64,000 nt of DNA, taken from Vermamoeba vermiformis. Lineage: Eukaryota. The number at the start of each line of letters is the position of its first letter. Position 1 is the first letter of the stretch. Of this stretch, positions 26,306 to 39,485 are shown piece after piece. The stretch covers positions 1 through 64,000 of the forward strand of contig JBEWZL010000083.1 in NCBI GenBank assembly GCA_045837725.1. The letters are read 5' to 3'. The notes below the pieces were generated by a model. The model had not been told where the DNA came from, ran no database searches, and worked only from the letters and a program-made list of their open reading frames with translations. Position numbers and translations under genes: made by a program.

Positions 26306-28106
26306 TTAAGTTGTGCTGATGATGTAAAACATAGCAGCAGCAACGCCCAGCAAGCACATAACGAGAATGCAATCGCAACAGCAGTTCTTGGGCGATCGGA
26401 CCTACGTAATGATGCCATTAATATACGGTTATAATAAATAGAAAAATTGCAAAAATAATTTTAGATCCGCGGATCCAGTCGGATCTCGGACACTAGATCT
26501 AAATTTGTATATTATAAAAAGACTATATACCTTCTTCAGAGTCTTGCTAAGCTGAGTGTTAAGTGTTTCTAGTGTAGCACGAGTCTTATCGACACGAACA
26601 TTGAGTTGTTCAATTTCGGGATCTTGTCGCTTCAATTCTCCGTTAATATCCACTGCAATGCCCTTCAATACTCGAACTCCTTGCAAAACTTCCTCTAAAC
26701 CAGCTTCCTATAATTAAAAAACAATAGGTAAGTATTTTTTCATCATTTTGGCGCTACTCATCGGATCCAATTACAATTTTCCATAAAAGGAAAAAATTTC
26801 AATTTGCTTTGTTTAAGCTTTGACAATATGTTATATAAGCACGCCATGATGCATTATAATATTATAGTACTTACGATTTCATCGTCGTTAAGTCGCAACT
26901 GAACGAATTGAGGGTCATCAATGTCAGGGATGCCGCTAACCCAGGCCTGTCCTCGATCAATTTCCTCTGTAATAATAACGAAAGGTGAGTCATATATTAT
27001 TATTTAATACATATTTCACAAATATAACAAATTAGAAGGATTTTTTGCGCAGAGAATGTGATCCGGATCTTGTTGAAGAAATTTACGAAAAATTCGTTCT
27101 TATATCAACATTTAATATTCTACGAATACTATAGTATGCTTATATGTCTATATTAATTTACCTTGATCGATTCCGTCTGTAAATAAATTATCATCGTCGT
27201 CCTTAGATGTGGTGCCATAAGCTTCAGTCTTTTTAAGCTCTTTAATGTGTTCATATGTCAATTTAACTACTAGCTGTTCCTTTTCGAGTTGAGCTTTGTC
27301 TTTTTCGTCTTTATCAGCCTGAAAGCGGAGAATTAATAATCCGGATGTACCGCAAAAATTCAAGCCTTTATGTGGCTTTATAAACGCTTATTATAATGAT
27401 ATTATGATACATATCACTATCATATAAGCCATTATAGTGATATAGATCGTTTATAGAGGTACTGCATTATTTTTAAGCGACATCTGGTTCGCGTGGCGGG
27501 ATTTGTGACTTTCGCTTGAAAATTGATATTTTTAAATAATTAATTATACTTACGGTCTTAGCCAATTTACGACCACGTTTTTCTTGTAAAGCTTGTAAAT
27601 CCTTAGCCTCTTCTTCGAGTTTTTTAATTCGTTTTCGGATGGCGGCTGAATCTTTTGCAACTTGCGCCCGATCTCCTTTTTTCTTGCCCAATAATTGATT
27701 TCTTTCTTCGATGGCCTATTATAAGCGATTAATATCATGTATTATATGAAAAATAATTTAATAACGGTTATTTGAATATTTTTCAAATTTCTCATCCGCA
27801 TTCGGTTATTAACCATGAAAATAACGCATATATGATTACCAATGCGTATAATAATATAATACTACTATTTTAATATCTTTACGTCGAATGCATTGAATAA
27901 TTTGATAGATTAGTTTGTAACGAACAAAAAATCATTGGATTTGTTACCTTTCGCAAGTCACGCATTTCAGCGGCCATACGACGCTTCATTTTAGTAAAAT
28001 TATCCAAATTCTTTTCAGTTTCTTCTGTTCTTTGCTTTTCAATCGCATCTGCGCATTCGATCTCAATTTCGTACAAGATCTTCAACAAGGGATTAAATCG
28101 CGACAT
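26306..28106 (-). CDS. Qc-SNARE, SYP7-like syntaxin
   Basis: Coiled-coil N-terminus, SNARE motif (EAGLEEVLQGVRVLKGIAVDINGELKRQ...), VRSPKNCCCDCIL, C-terminal TM helix. Confidence 0.75.
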
Positions 28107-28725
28107 GATGCTATATTAATATCTACTATACACTCTATATACAACAAACAGCACTAATAATTGAACACTTGTGCTGTTATTTGTGCCTTTCAATTCAAAT
28201 AAACTGGGCAAAATACCCGAAGCTTGAAACTACCGTATTTTTTCGAATTTTCGAGCTCTATTAACATAAAAACCAGTATTATTGGTATAAGTATATGACC
28301 TACAAGATATTAAGCCATCTACAATGAAGATAATGATGTACAAGGATGCAGATTCAGTTGTGACCTCATACCGGAGTACAAGTAAGTCATAAGTAGTCAG
28401 TACTATAAGCAGCCTAATAATATTTCATACTTATTGTATCACTAGGCAGAAATTTACCTTTTTGATTAATTACCGCGATCCATTACTTTTTCAATTGTTT
28501 TCATAACAATTATTAGATTATTAATATGAGCAAGAAAATAATTACAACGACCCTTATATTTTATTATCCGGCTGAAAAAACTAGCAAATTTTATTCGTGT
28601 TTTGCAACCGCAACAATCGGTACATCCGCAACAATTCCTTAAATTAATAATTAATTTAATGTGATTGATAACACAATGTTTATTATAATACAAGATTATT
28701 TTTTGTTACTTTTCCCGCTTTGCTT

Positions 28726-31700
28726 TCACTGCCGCGCAGAGAATTTGAGTACAGTCATGCTAGGCAAGCTCTCCAATCGTTTTTGCAGCTTGTACGTGAT
28801 ATTAAAGTCATTTTTGCGCAAATCAACTTCTTTGATGAAACAGTTCTTGGACAGCAAGCCGATCCAATCGTCCAAACAATGGTTCGACAACGAATTTTCT
28901 TGGAGTGATAAGAATTGTAACGTTGTGTTCTTACTCAACGCGCTAATGATCTGTAAATATAAATATATTAATATCGTCATAAATTACCGCAAATTTTCAT
29001 TTTTTGGATCTGATCCAACAAAAAATGACGGATCTTGTTCTATATTACTATGATTGATTAAACGAATATATGGTCTCTATACTTACTTCTTTAATGCTAC
29101 TATTTCCTATTTGATTCTTATCCAGCGAAAGTCTAAGCAAAAAAAGATCAGGATCCCGATACAACCACTCAAAGCTATTACAATTGACTACGACGTATTT
29201 AATAGCATTACTTACGATAAAAGACCCTTATTTTTGCCTAGTGCGATTGAAATATGCGTGATTGAATCTTCTTTCAGCGACAGACTGGTCATATTTAGCG
29301 TGGTCAAGGTGTGATTGTTGATCAATGCCTCGGCCAATAGTGCTACTTCTTTTTTCTAAATATGGTAATCGTGGTTAGTACTCGGCACTGCCAAGTATAT
29401 TTTATGTCACTTACGCCTAGTGAAGTCGAAGAAATGTCTAATAATCGCAGCGAAGTGTTGACCTTAAGATGTTCGAACAGCGCGGATGCACCGGTCTAAA
29501 TAAGGAAATGTTAGCGATCATATAGCTAGCCTAATATGGACTTACGTGGCCTAAACTGTTGCCGGATAAATGTAACTCTTGAAGATTCGAGTTTTGCGTT
29601 AAATAGTTGCAAAGTAACACAGTCGAAGATTTGTCGAGACCTAACGAGGGAATCGTAAGCGGTCATATTACCATAAAAGGAAATAAGGACTCACCGCCAT
29701 CAGGTACTTCAAGTCCTAACAGATTTGCATTCTTGCCAACAGCGTCTAAGATCTGAAAAAAGTGTCAGTATCAACGGTTCACTGAACCGAAAATAAATTT
29801 GATAAAATCATTATTTACCTCTTTCCAACCCTTCTTACTGAAGTTATTATTACCACATTCTAAGTGCAATAAGTTTCGTGCAGTTAATAATCCTCGGGCC
29901 AAAATTCCGGCTTCTTTGTAACCCAGGCCGTTTTGACCAATCATAAGTCTAATAGTAATTATATTAATACGATACTATCATATATATAGATTATAGTCGG
30001 GACCTACTTTCTAATCCTATTATCGGATTTCAAATAATCAGCGATGGCTGTCAGTCCACGTGCGCCAAAGTCATTGCTGCGCAGATCCACCACATTGAAC
30101 CGGCTAACGAATACAATCAATTAATATTTCCTTATTTGGTCATTTAATAGAGTATTACGTACCATCCCGAGGCCTTAAAAGTATTAAACAGTTGTTCGAT
30201 ACCGGTGTCCGTGATCTTATTGCTGGCCAGTGAAAATTGTTCGAAGAATTGGACTTTCGTGAACAACTTCAAGAACACTTCCAAATTAGTCGATTTGATC
30301 ACGTTGTTGCTCAGATCTAGCACTCGTAAATTCGGCAAATACTAAAAAAGGAATTAGAGCCACTCGCATGTTTTTGCAAAAAAAAAAAAAAATGACCGAA
30401 GTAATGACCATATTTGGTAATCGATTAGTGATACTTACCGAAAGGGCTTCAATGAACGGGACCATGTGTTTGTCCGTGAAGTTATTGTGCGTGAAATAGA
30501 ATTGTACTAATTTGGAAAGACGAGGCAAGTACGGCGGAATCATCTAAACATAATCATTAGTGATTCATTTCCTATTATAGATAATAATTATACTTACAGC
30601 TATCGTATCTTTATCAAAATTCTCGCTCAAGTTCAAGTATTCCAGATCCGGTGTGTAATCGAAAACTTTGGCGCTGAAGTCATTTTAAAGTTAATCATTT
30701 CCTTATTTGGTAATAGCGACTAATCTATCAACTTACAACTGTGCGCTGATCGTATTCTGCTTCAAATTGATTTGTTTCATTTTAAAGTTCAATTTCTCCG
30801 GTTCATTTGCGACCAACCTGTAATTATCAATATGAGCAAGTATTATTATCATGATGATGATATAGTTATGCGGACCTATTATAGCTTTGATTCAATTCAA
30901 TGGCTTTCAAAATTTGCATGCTCGTGTTTTCATCCATCCAAGATGACGGCAATGCCTAAATAAGGAAATGTTAGCACCCGATCGAGCTAATACATTGCCT
31001 ATATATAGTAGGTGTCGGCTACTTACAAAATTAGAAAGAGGAGTGCTTGAATCGAAAGAGTTGTTGACCAAATGAAACAGAGATTGCGGTACTTGACTTT
31101 TATCAGCCACACAACTAAAATTGATAAAAATAAGTTAGAGTCACTGGTAATTACCAAATAAGGAAAATATCTATTTGCTTACACGTTGCGTAGTTGTGCC
31201 ATAAAGTGACTTAATTGAGATCCAAACGCGTCACGTGATTTCAGACCGGTCAAAGCACGTGACAGGGTCGTGTTGTGCAACTGATGAGTGGCAGCATTAG
31301 CAGCCAGGGCAGAAGAGGGTTCCACACCTGGTCTCGGCGTCTCTTCTAATATTCTGCCGCGTATTCTCACTGCCGTTCTGTACGGTGCGTAAGTGTACCA
31401 CGGCAACAAACCCGCGTACGTCACTCTAAAAGAAACAGGATTAGTAGAGTACCTCACGTACTATTATAATATAATATAAGATTAATATGCGTTATATAAG
31501 TTAAAACTAAGATTTTGAAAGGAAATAGTGAAGTTCAAAGTGGATCTTGTTCTCCGAAGAATTCTTTCGGAGACAAAAACGATAATTTAAATCAAAAAAA
31601 CTGGATGTAAAGCTTAGTAGTATCAACTATAATTAGGAGATATTCTCATCATGGCACGAACTAAACAATCAGGTCGTAATCCTCGCAAAATGTTAATGAC

Positions 31701-34700
31701 CATCGAAGCAACGAACATCAATACTAATACGAACAGTAAAACTGCCAATAATAATGTTGAAAAAAAGCCTCAAAAGGTTTCTCAAATAAAAAAACCATGG
31801 CCACATCGATATAAAATTGGAAGCACTCCTTCTAAAGGTAAATTAAATATTTTGAAAAATGATGTTCGTCATTTCAAAGTTAATATAATTATTATTTAAA
31901 TCGTTATATTAATACAGTTGCATATATTTTGTAGCTATGCGAGAGATTCATCGGTTACGCAAGTCAACAGAATTATTAATCAAGCGACGTCCCTTTGAAC
32001 GCGTCATCAAAGAAATTTCGCAATCTCTCGAGCATGTGACAGTCAAATTAAGGTTTCAAAAACAAGCTTGCGAGGCACTACAAGAAGTGACTGAAGCTTA
32101 TTTGACCGGACTGTTAATGGATGCGGATCTGTTGGCCAAACACGCCAAGCGAGCAACATTACAAGTCGCTGGTAAAATCGATACTAGTAACACACATATA
32201 TATAATATTAATATATTGTTATATAGATTTACAACTCGCTCAAAAAATTCGTGCCAAGAAAACAAAAAGTTGCTAACGAAACAAAACTTTATGCTGTTTC
32301 GTTAGAGTGTCTCAATAACAATTGAGTGTACATTTATAATATATTATTAGCAATAAATAATAAATAATTAGGCAAAGAAGCGGCCGTAGTATTACGCAAA
32401 AAATGTACTCAAAAAATTGAACGACGAAAAGAATAATAATTGTTTTTTCCATATTTAGACGTACCTCTTTTCATCGGGCGAAGGATTAGTAGTGCCAGTA
32501 GTCAGCGATGAATATCCATCTAACAATTCAATCACTGCATTTGCAGCTTGGTCGTCAGATTCGTACTTGATCCGTACTTCAAAGTAATCAGAAGTCATTT
32601 GATTTTTCTTCAAAAGTTTGATCGTGAATCCGTCTTGCAATCTGCGCCATTCTTTCAATTCGGGGAAAAAACTGAACTCGAATTGCGTCCGATCTGCATT
32701 TCTATCTTCATGGAAAAAGATACCAAATTCATTGATGCCTAATGTGATCTGAACTTTGCCTTGCTATAGTTAAAATAAGCATATTAATATTAATGTCAAT
32801 ATTTACGGCAACGGATTAAGCTGATAAAAGCGCCGTTCCTAGATCGGTTCATTTTTTTGTAGCGGCTTTGGACGTAAAAATTTTAAATGATAAATTAGGC
32901 TATTTTCGCAATGAAATTTAAGGATTGAATTATATTCGGTTCGCAATGAAGTTTTTTTTGGTTGGATCTGATCTGTTTTCGTACCGTGACTTCAAAGTAG
33001 GTTGTTCCAAAGCAAGGCAATTGTCTTGCAATCATCAAATAGCACCATTTAGCGTCGTCTTGAGATATTCCTAATTTAGAAAGTTCGAAATTAAACCTTT
33101 GCAAGTATGCAACGTAATCAAACAAAAACGTACCGGTCAATTGTTTGTACAGATCTGAAATTCTTTTAGCCCACTGATGGTGCGGTGTTGATCTTAAATA
33201 GTCTTTCGGCAAATAGTTCTTGAGAGATTCGGCACTAAAATAGGCAATTAAAATAAAATTTTATCTCGTGTTTTCTAGCGGTACTTTACAAATAAGGAAT
33301 TAAGGCAAATTTACGAATTGAATCAAAGAAATAATATTGTAATTTATACACTTCTATATATGGATACTTACTCTACGATGTTATTCTTGAATTTGTTTTC
33401 GTCGTAGTTTCCGAAATCGATTTGAAATTGATATGCAGCCAATTGGGCAGCAATAAGCTCAGGTACATAATAATCGCTGTTAATGACCGACTTTTGAATC
33501 TAAAAATAATTAAATTAATATTTTATTCGTACTGAACGATCCGGCATTAGACAGAAAGTATTTTCTTTTTAGCGTTTAAATATAGACTTACTTGGGCATA
33601 ATAATAGTGGTTCGCTTTAAGGTCTAACGAATATTGCGGCAATTTGAAGAATTTAACTTTGAGCATCAATTTTGATCTGTCGCTAACTCCTTGATCTTTC
33701 AAGCCTCTGTCCAGATCCAGCCATTTATCTAAATATAATACATTAATGAGCAACGAACATATCTTATGAGTTAATGCTATTGAATCATACCATGAATCGT
33801 ACTGGCCGTAATATCGGACAGCGCAAAGTAACCGATTGCCTCGAGCTCAAAACGACGCGCAATTATCAGCAATAAATCCTAGTTATAAATACTTAGAATT
33901 TGATATGGCAGTGGTATATTGATTTGTTTAAGATATTAAATTAATTTGGCACCGTTATTTTACTATATTTGGCAAGTCAAATACAAACGCAATTGCGTTT
34001 GAAAATTTCAATTCGTAAATGCAAGACTAGAGCATTATCATTACGTTAAGGATGATAATAAATGCGCGGGTTTAATAAGATGCAATTGTTTTCGAGTAAA
34101 TACGCTTCAACGGATGATTACGATTTTGTGAGCTGCATCCGTCGAATTCGCCAAATCAAAAATCAGCTAATAATTAGGAAATATAACTTACTCTTGCTTT
34201 CATATCGCTTTGTACGTAAATACTACGCGGATTTTCGTCAACAACAGAGATGTAGAGCATTATGCTTCCGGATTCTTTTGCTGATGATTCTCGCAGTAGA
34301 CTTTGTGTGTGTTTGATAGCAGTGGTAATATCTTCAGGTAGAGGCTTGGCAGGTCGATAAATAGGTATTCCAAATGCCGTTGTAATCAAACGCTGAGAAA
34401 TGGGGGTTTTCTAGATTCCAAAGTTAATTTTGTTCGAAATACGGCGCAAAAAATTAATTTGGCTAAATATAAATATTGTCTTATTATTATAGCGATGTAG
34501 CGTCTTTTTATTATTATTTAATTTATTAAAATTAATTTTCGCGTGCAATTTAAATAATAATAATTACCCTCCACTGGAGATTCAAGCGGATCAAACATAA
34601 TATCCGTAAATGCAACTGATGCATGTGCGTGCACTGAAGTGAGACTAACAGAGCTTGAAAAATCAGAACTGTTTGAAGCAGAATGTCGATCTCCTCGTTT

Positions 34701-34901
34701 TGCTTTTTTAATAGCAGGTGCTGATTTAATATTGCCTTTAAATACTGAATCGACAGTAACGGATTTCATCATAGTCTCCGTAGCCACTGTTTTAGGCGAG
34801 GGAGGCAATGGATTTGGTTGTGGATCTGTTCCGATAAGGTCATCAAGGAAGTTGTCCAAGTCCTTCGCCAAGTTCTCTAAAGAGGCGTCCGTATTACTCA
34901 T
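28726..34901 (-). CDS. FERM-domain + RNI-like leucine-rich-repeat protein (FrmC-like architecture)
   Basis: FERM motifs (KWLDLD..LKDQG, LKVKFF, YYAQ, LAAYQFQIDFG, YL.IARQLPCFGTTYFEV) join the LRR exons through a phase-compatible 1039-nt intron at 31426-32464. Confidence 0.75.
29530..31163. promoter_or_regulatory. Cluster of intronic CArG boxes (CC[A/T]6GG; SRF/MADS-type sites)
   Basis: Perfect CArG boxes at 29530, 29671, 30130, 30408, 30701 and 31154, several with Mcm1/SRF-like TTT/TTA..TAA/AAA flanks. Confidence 0.5.
31651..32276 (+). CDS. Divergent histone H3 variant, probably CenH3/CENP-A-like; nested antisense in an intron
   Basis: Three exons: MARTKQ...PHRYKIG / AMREIHRLRKSTELLIKRRPFERVIKEI...LRFQ...ALQE.TEAYL...HAKRATL / DLQLAQKIR. 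Confidence 0.85.
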
Positions 34902-35216
34902 ATTATACTCGAGTAACGCCGTCTTTTGTGGTGGTGCTGTATCGTGTGTACAAAAAAAAAGCACAAATTGAACTCGGGCTTTGAACCTCCGAAAGAATCT
35001 GATACCACGTATAAATATAACGTAGTCAGACCTTTAATTGCAATCGTTTAGCTGAAGTAGCGGTGTAATTGATTCGGTTTTTTTCGGAGGCATCCGTAGA
35101 TCGGAAAATTTCAGTACGAGTAAAGGGTAGGTTGCAAGTTAGAGAGCGCGTACTTCGATAAAGCTATTATCGAAGAAATAAAAGGGTTATTTAAGAGCGA
35201 TTAGTTCGATTTAAAC

Positions 35217-36399
35217 TTAGTTATTTATTTGAGCGTTGTGAGTCTGTTGCGCCATCTGCAATAAATGTTCTTTAACGTGCTCCCAATGATGAACTCGCTT
35301 AATATGCTTATATTCGGGGTGTTCTCTAATAGATTCATGCTCGTGGTCGTATTTGTTCCAAGGGTAACTTCCGTGCAGATCGAACAAAAGAACCTGGACG
35401 ACAATCCATCGGTTAGTTATTATAGCCTTATATGGAAATATGCATATTATAGACTGGATCGTACAGGAATTCCATGCGCACTGCATTCTCTGGCGTATTT
35501 TAACGAATCGTCAATCAACAAAACAGCGCCGTGTTTGCGGCAAAGTTCTGGCTTGGGGTATTTCTTTCCTTCGCTATAATATACGTTAATAAGCATATAT
35601 ATATATCACAAAATAGTATTTTATAATAATAGGATTGAAGATAAGGCTTACCCATAAATGTTTCCAAACTCCATCTCCGAAAAGATCTCAGGGAAGTGTC
35701 GCTCGATCCTATTGATGGTAAATTATACGTTAATATATGTTATATAACATATCGATATGGTATATTTACCAAGTTCGCGTGTGCGGCTCCAGATTTGTGT
35801 TTCTAGAAGTAACAATTATGAACTCGAAGTGTCCTGTTTCTTTAAGCTCTTTTAAAGTCTATAGTTCGATAACATTAATAAAATTATGCTAATGACACGA
35901 GGTTGCGTAAATAACAAGCTGGCAGAAATTGTCCGAGATCCGATCGTAACGGAATCCAGCAGGGAGCGAACAATAGCCACAATAAAGATATAATTACCTC
36001 ATATGCTTTGGGTACAGTACCAAGTTGAAGGAAATAGTCCGTTTCAAAGAAATGGAGGACTTTCTTTGCGGTATCTTCTTGACTGCCACCCCAAACTTCA
36101 ACAAATTCATATGAATGAAAATTAGCGAGAGTTAATTGAGTGCCGTAATGATGATTATGAAAGTTAGCTAGGCCTTCGACGAATGTGGCGAGCACTAAAA
36201 TTAAAATACGGAATATTAGTCAATTATTCGAACGTGCTATAGTAAAATCGTTAATAATATTCAATATTTATATTTAGAAAATTATTGCAGCTGGTAATTA
36301 ACAAAATTACTCCGGATTTGGAGTGGATTCACCCCAAATCTGTTTGATCACGTTACCTTCATCGACGTCAACTGCGATTCTAATCTTAGAGCTTTCCAT
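35217..36399 (-). CDS. HAD-superfamily 5'(3')-deoxyribonucleotidase-like (NT5C) protein
   Basis: RIAVDVDEVL (DxDxV), IVTSR, KPELC....AVFVDDS, LFDLHGSYPWN. Confidence 0.8.
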
Positions 36400-37154
36400 G
36401 ATATTGATATTGTTGCTTAATGCACTTGAGATGTAAATTAATGAAGATCTGTCTGACAGGACAAATTTCTGTTGTCTCGTGATTGCACGCAACAATACCG
36501 ACGAAGCGGTTTGAGAACAACAATTACATTATACTATTATTTCATATGGCTCTATCGATGGCGCTTACGGAGGCTTCTCAGATGCGCAGAGAACTTTCAA
36601 TATTTTAAATTCGGTTATGCAACGTGTAATGTTGTTTACGCAAATCCTCGCCGTCATATATATTACCGTACTATTATTCGACCTTACGAAATAAAGATTG
36701 AGTTTTGGTCGAACAGGGATCCACCAAAAATACCTATTATTAGCAAAGCTTTCAATATGATCGTGTAGTAATAGATTAAAATGGTGTACAATCCTCGAAG
36801 CGATAAATAAATTATGAGCTGAGCTTTGGCACCTTTATTATTTAACCGCCAGTTCACAAACTGATGGATCTTTACTCCTGCGCTTTTATAAACGTAAATT
36901 ACGGTATGATGCAGGTAAAGTAATTTAATTTCTTAGATCCCTAACATACAGAATGGTTTCGGCAACCATTACAGCATTTTGAGGCCGCGCATCAGATTCG
37001 AGAAGTTTTCGAACCAAAAATTTACGGTTTAATCATGAAACACGCTTTATTAAATTATAATAAATAGTTTTTAATAAATTACGGATAATACACGACCCTT
37101 TAATATGGTGAGAGGCCACTGATATTTTCGGTCCCAAATAATAAAAAATTCTGC

Positions 37155-37673
37155 TTAAGAGGAAGACTGCTCGCTTGAACTGTCAGAAGAGTTGCTAGAA
37201 GAGCTGTTGGAGCTGCCTGACTTGCTGGCGGATTTGCTGGCGGACTTGCTGGCAGATTGGCTAGCGGATTTAGAAGCTGATTTGCTAGCTGATTGGCTGT
37301 TGGAAGCAGAGCTAGAGCTCTCGCTGCCAGAGCTACCTTCTTGAGGAGGTTGAGCGGGGGCAGGAGCAGCGGCGCCAGACGATTTGCTTGCAGAACGGCT
37401 TGCAGAGCTGCTTTGTTGCGAAGAAGAGTCCTCTGATGCAGATTTGCTCGCGGATTTGCTGGCTGACTTGCTTGCTGATTTGCTGGCTGATTTTGATGCA
37501 GCGACTTGCTTCTTATTTCCAGCGTCACTGGATTTGTCCGAAGAGCTGCTGCTTCCTTCGCTGCTGCTTGATCCAGATTTCTTTACGTTCTTGGCGGGTG
37601 CGTCATTACCACCGCCACTCTTAGGTTTTTCTACCTTGGGTTCCTTGGCTTCCTTGCTCTTTCCACAACCCAT
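37155..37673 (-). CDS. Ser/Ala/Lys low-complexity protein with MGCGKSK lipidation motif and (SASK)n repeats
   Basis: Intronless 172-aa ORF, GC-richer than its flanks, with synonymous variation among the SASK repeats. Confidence 0.75.
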   Translation of the reverse strand: MGCGKSKEAKEPKVEKPKSGGGNDAPAKNVKKSGSSSSEGSSSSSDKSSDAGNKKQVAASKSASKSASKSASKSASKSASEDSSSQQSSSASRSASKSSGAAAPAPAQPPQEGSSGSESSSSASNSQSASKSASKSASQSASKSASKSASKSGSSNSSSSNSSDSSSEQSSS

Positions 37674-38235
37674 TCTTATTTATTTTGTAGTTATTATTAT
37701 TTCTTTCAATAACAATATTTTTCTAATATACAATAATGCGAAAAAGCTGACACAGGTCGTGGTGCTTTTCGATGTGCTCGATTGAAATAATAACGTTAAG
37801 TTTTGTACATTTTTTACCGTTGGGCGGTTGCTTTGGCCTGAATTTTTATTTTCCGAAAGATTTCTTCGGAGAATGAAAACAACTCCGAACAAGCTGTATT
37901 TTGCCCGTATTCATCGTCTAGCATACCACAATGTTATAAGTGTTGTCTGTATTCAAGTAGCTGCAACGATCGTCGATATGATGTTTCAGATTCGGATTTC
38001 GAGATTTTGAAAGTTTTTTATTGTGGAAGAAGACAACAATCGAATAGCGTGACTGCTGCATTATTAACGGTATAATGGCATGGTGGTTACCAACAATATA
38101 CAATTTTGTTTGAATTGATCCGTTTAAAAATCGTTTTTGCTCTTCTAGTTTAATCCATTACGCACTATTTATTTGCAATTAATTTCGCATTTAATTTTCG
38201 TAACGCAATCTCGACTGTGCTCGAGCGGATAAATT

Positions 38236-38301
38236 CAATCCCAACTACTTTTCATCTGCTACATGTTACAATCCCAACTACTTTTCATCTGCTACATGTT
38301 A
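38236..38301. repeat. Perfect 33-bp tandem duplication
   Basis: CAATCCCAACTACTTTTCATCTGCTACATGTTA occurs twice in tandem. Confidence 0.9.
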
Positions 38302-38554
38302 GTTTTAACCTTACACCGAACTGTAGCTGCAACATTATTATAATTTTTAGCATTTACTATGATTGTTAAGAGAAAGGGTGTTGGATGCGGAACTGTGCCA
38401 GTACGCAACCCGAAATTTACGTGCGAAAAGATTATTGGCACTACCGACAGCATTTAATGGCGCAAATCAAATTGATTTTTCATTCAAATTACACTTATAA
38501 TCCACCACAACACCTCCATAGTGAATAATCGTTATAAACTGGACCTCTAAATCA

Positions 38555-39360
38555 ATGCGATCTCTATTGCTACTCGTTGTTGTTATTGCCATAGCTCAAG
38601 GTAAGCAAACACAGTAATTAAATAGCAATTAATATTATCGTTCAATATATTAAGAGTTTTATTGTTATTAGTGGCTATTGGCGGCAGTTGTCCTGCATCT
38701 CAACTTGGATCTCCTTTTCTTCAGAACTCGAAAAGCGTCGTACGTATTCAATTGACAATTTAATAACGTCTAGCATATAATACATAGAAGCAATCTCAAT
38801 GATTTTCGATTCAGATTTTCGGCAATACGCGCCACAATGTGATCTCAAAAAAATTGACATCCGCTTTTATTTTATAGAGCAACGCTGAGAGCTGCGAGTG
38901 GTACGAGTCAGATAGCTGCTGCGAAGCTTCAGTAAATACCTCTACCATCGTCGAAGATTACGTTTGGAAAGACGCCTCGAAGAACTGTCGCGAGTTGGTA
39001 AATCTGGCTTACTGCGCTCCTTGCTCGGGCCAAAGTTCCGTATTTATGTCTGTGGATAATCAAGGTACTATAATTAGACTATATACCACAATCTAACGCA
39101 ACGTTAATTTAGGCCGATTGCAATACAAGATCTGCAAGAATTTTTGTCAAAGAATATTCGACTCGTGCAAGGGCGACAAGTTCAATGGCAAGGCAGTGAG
39201 CGACTACTCGAGCAGCGATGACTTTTGCGCGGCTGCATTCACCAACATGTACGGTCAGATCAGCGCTTACACTGCATCCGGTCAGTGCTTCAATGCGGCA
39301 ATTACCTTGCGTCCTATTATAGGCGTAGTTATGGCTATTATTGTTGCATTGTCCTTTTAA
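38555..39360 (+). CDS. Folate-receptor-family Cys-rich secreted/GPI-anchored protein
   Basis: Signal peptide; CEWY..SCC, C......YCAPCS, ICKNFCQRIFDSC; hydrophobic C-terminus. Confidence 0.7.
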
Positions 39361-39485
39361 TAGTAACATTCGCAGTGTAGCTGTTACATAAAGTCCATTC
39401 TCGATCTAAGTCCTCAAAAACAACGCTCTTTATTCCAATTAAATGAACACCAACGATAAACAATAGGGTGAGTTATCGAGTGAAA

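Noticed and set aside
38236-38301. 33-bp direct repeat as a CRISPR-like array
   Set aside because: Only two adjacent units, no spacer, eukaryotic context; it is a simple tandem duplication.
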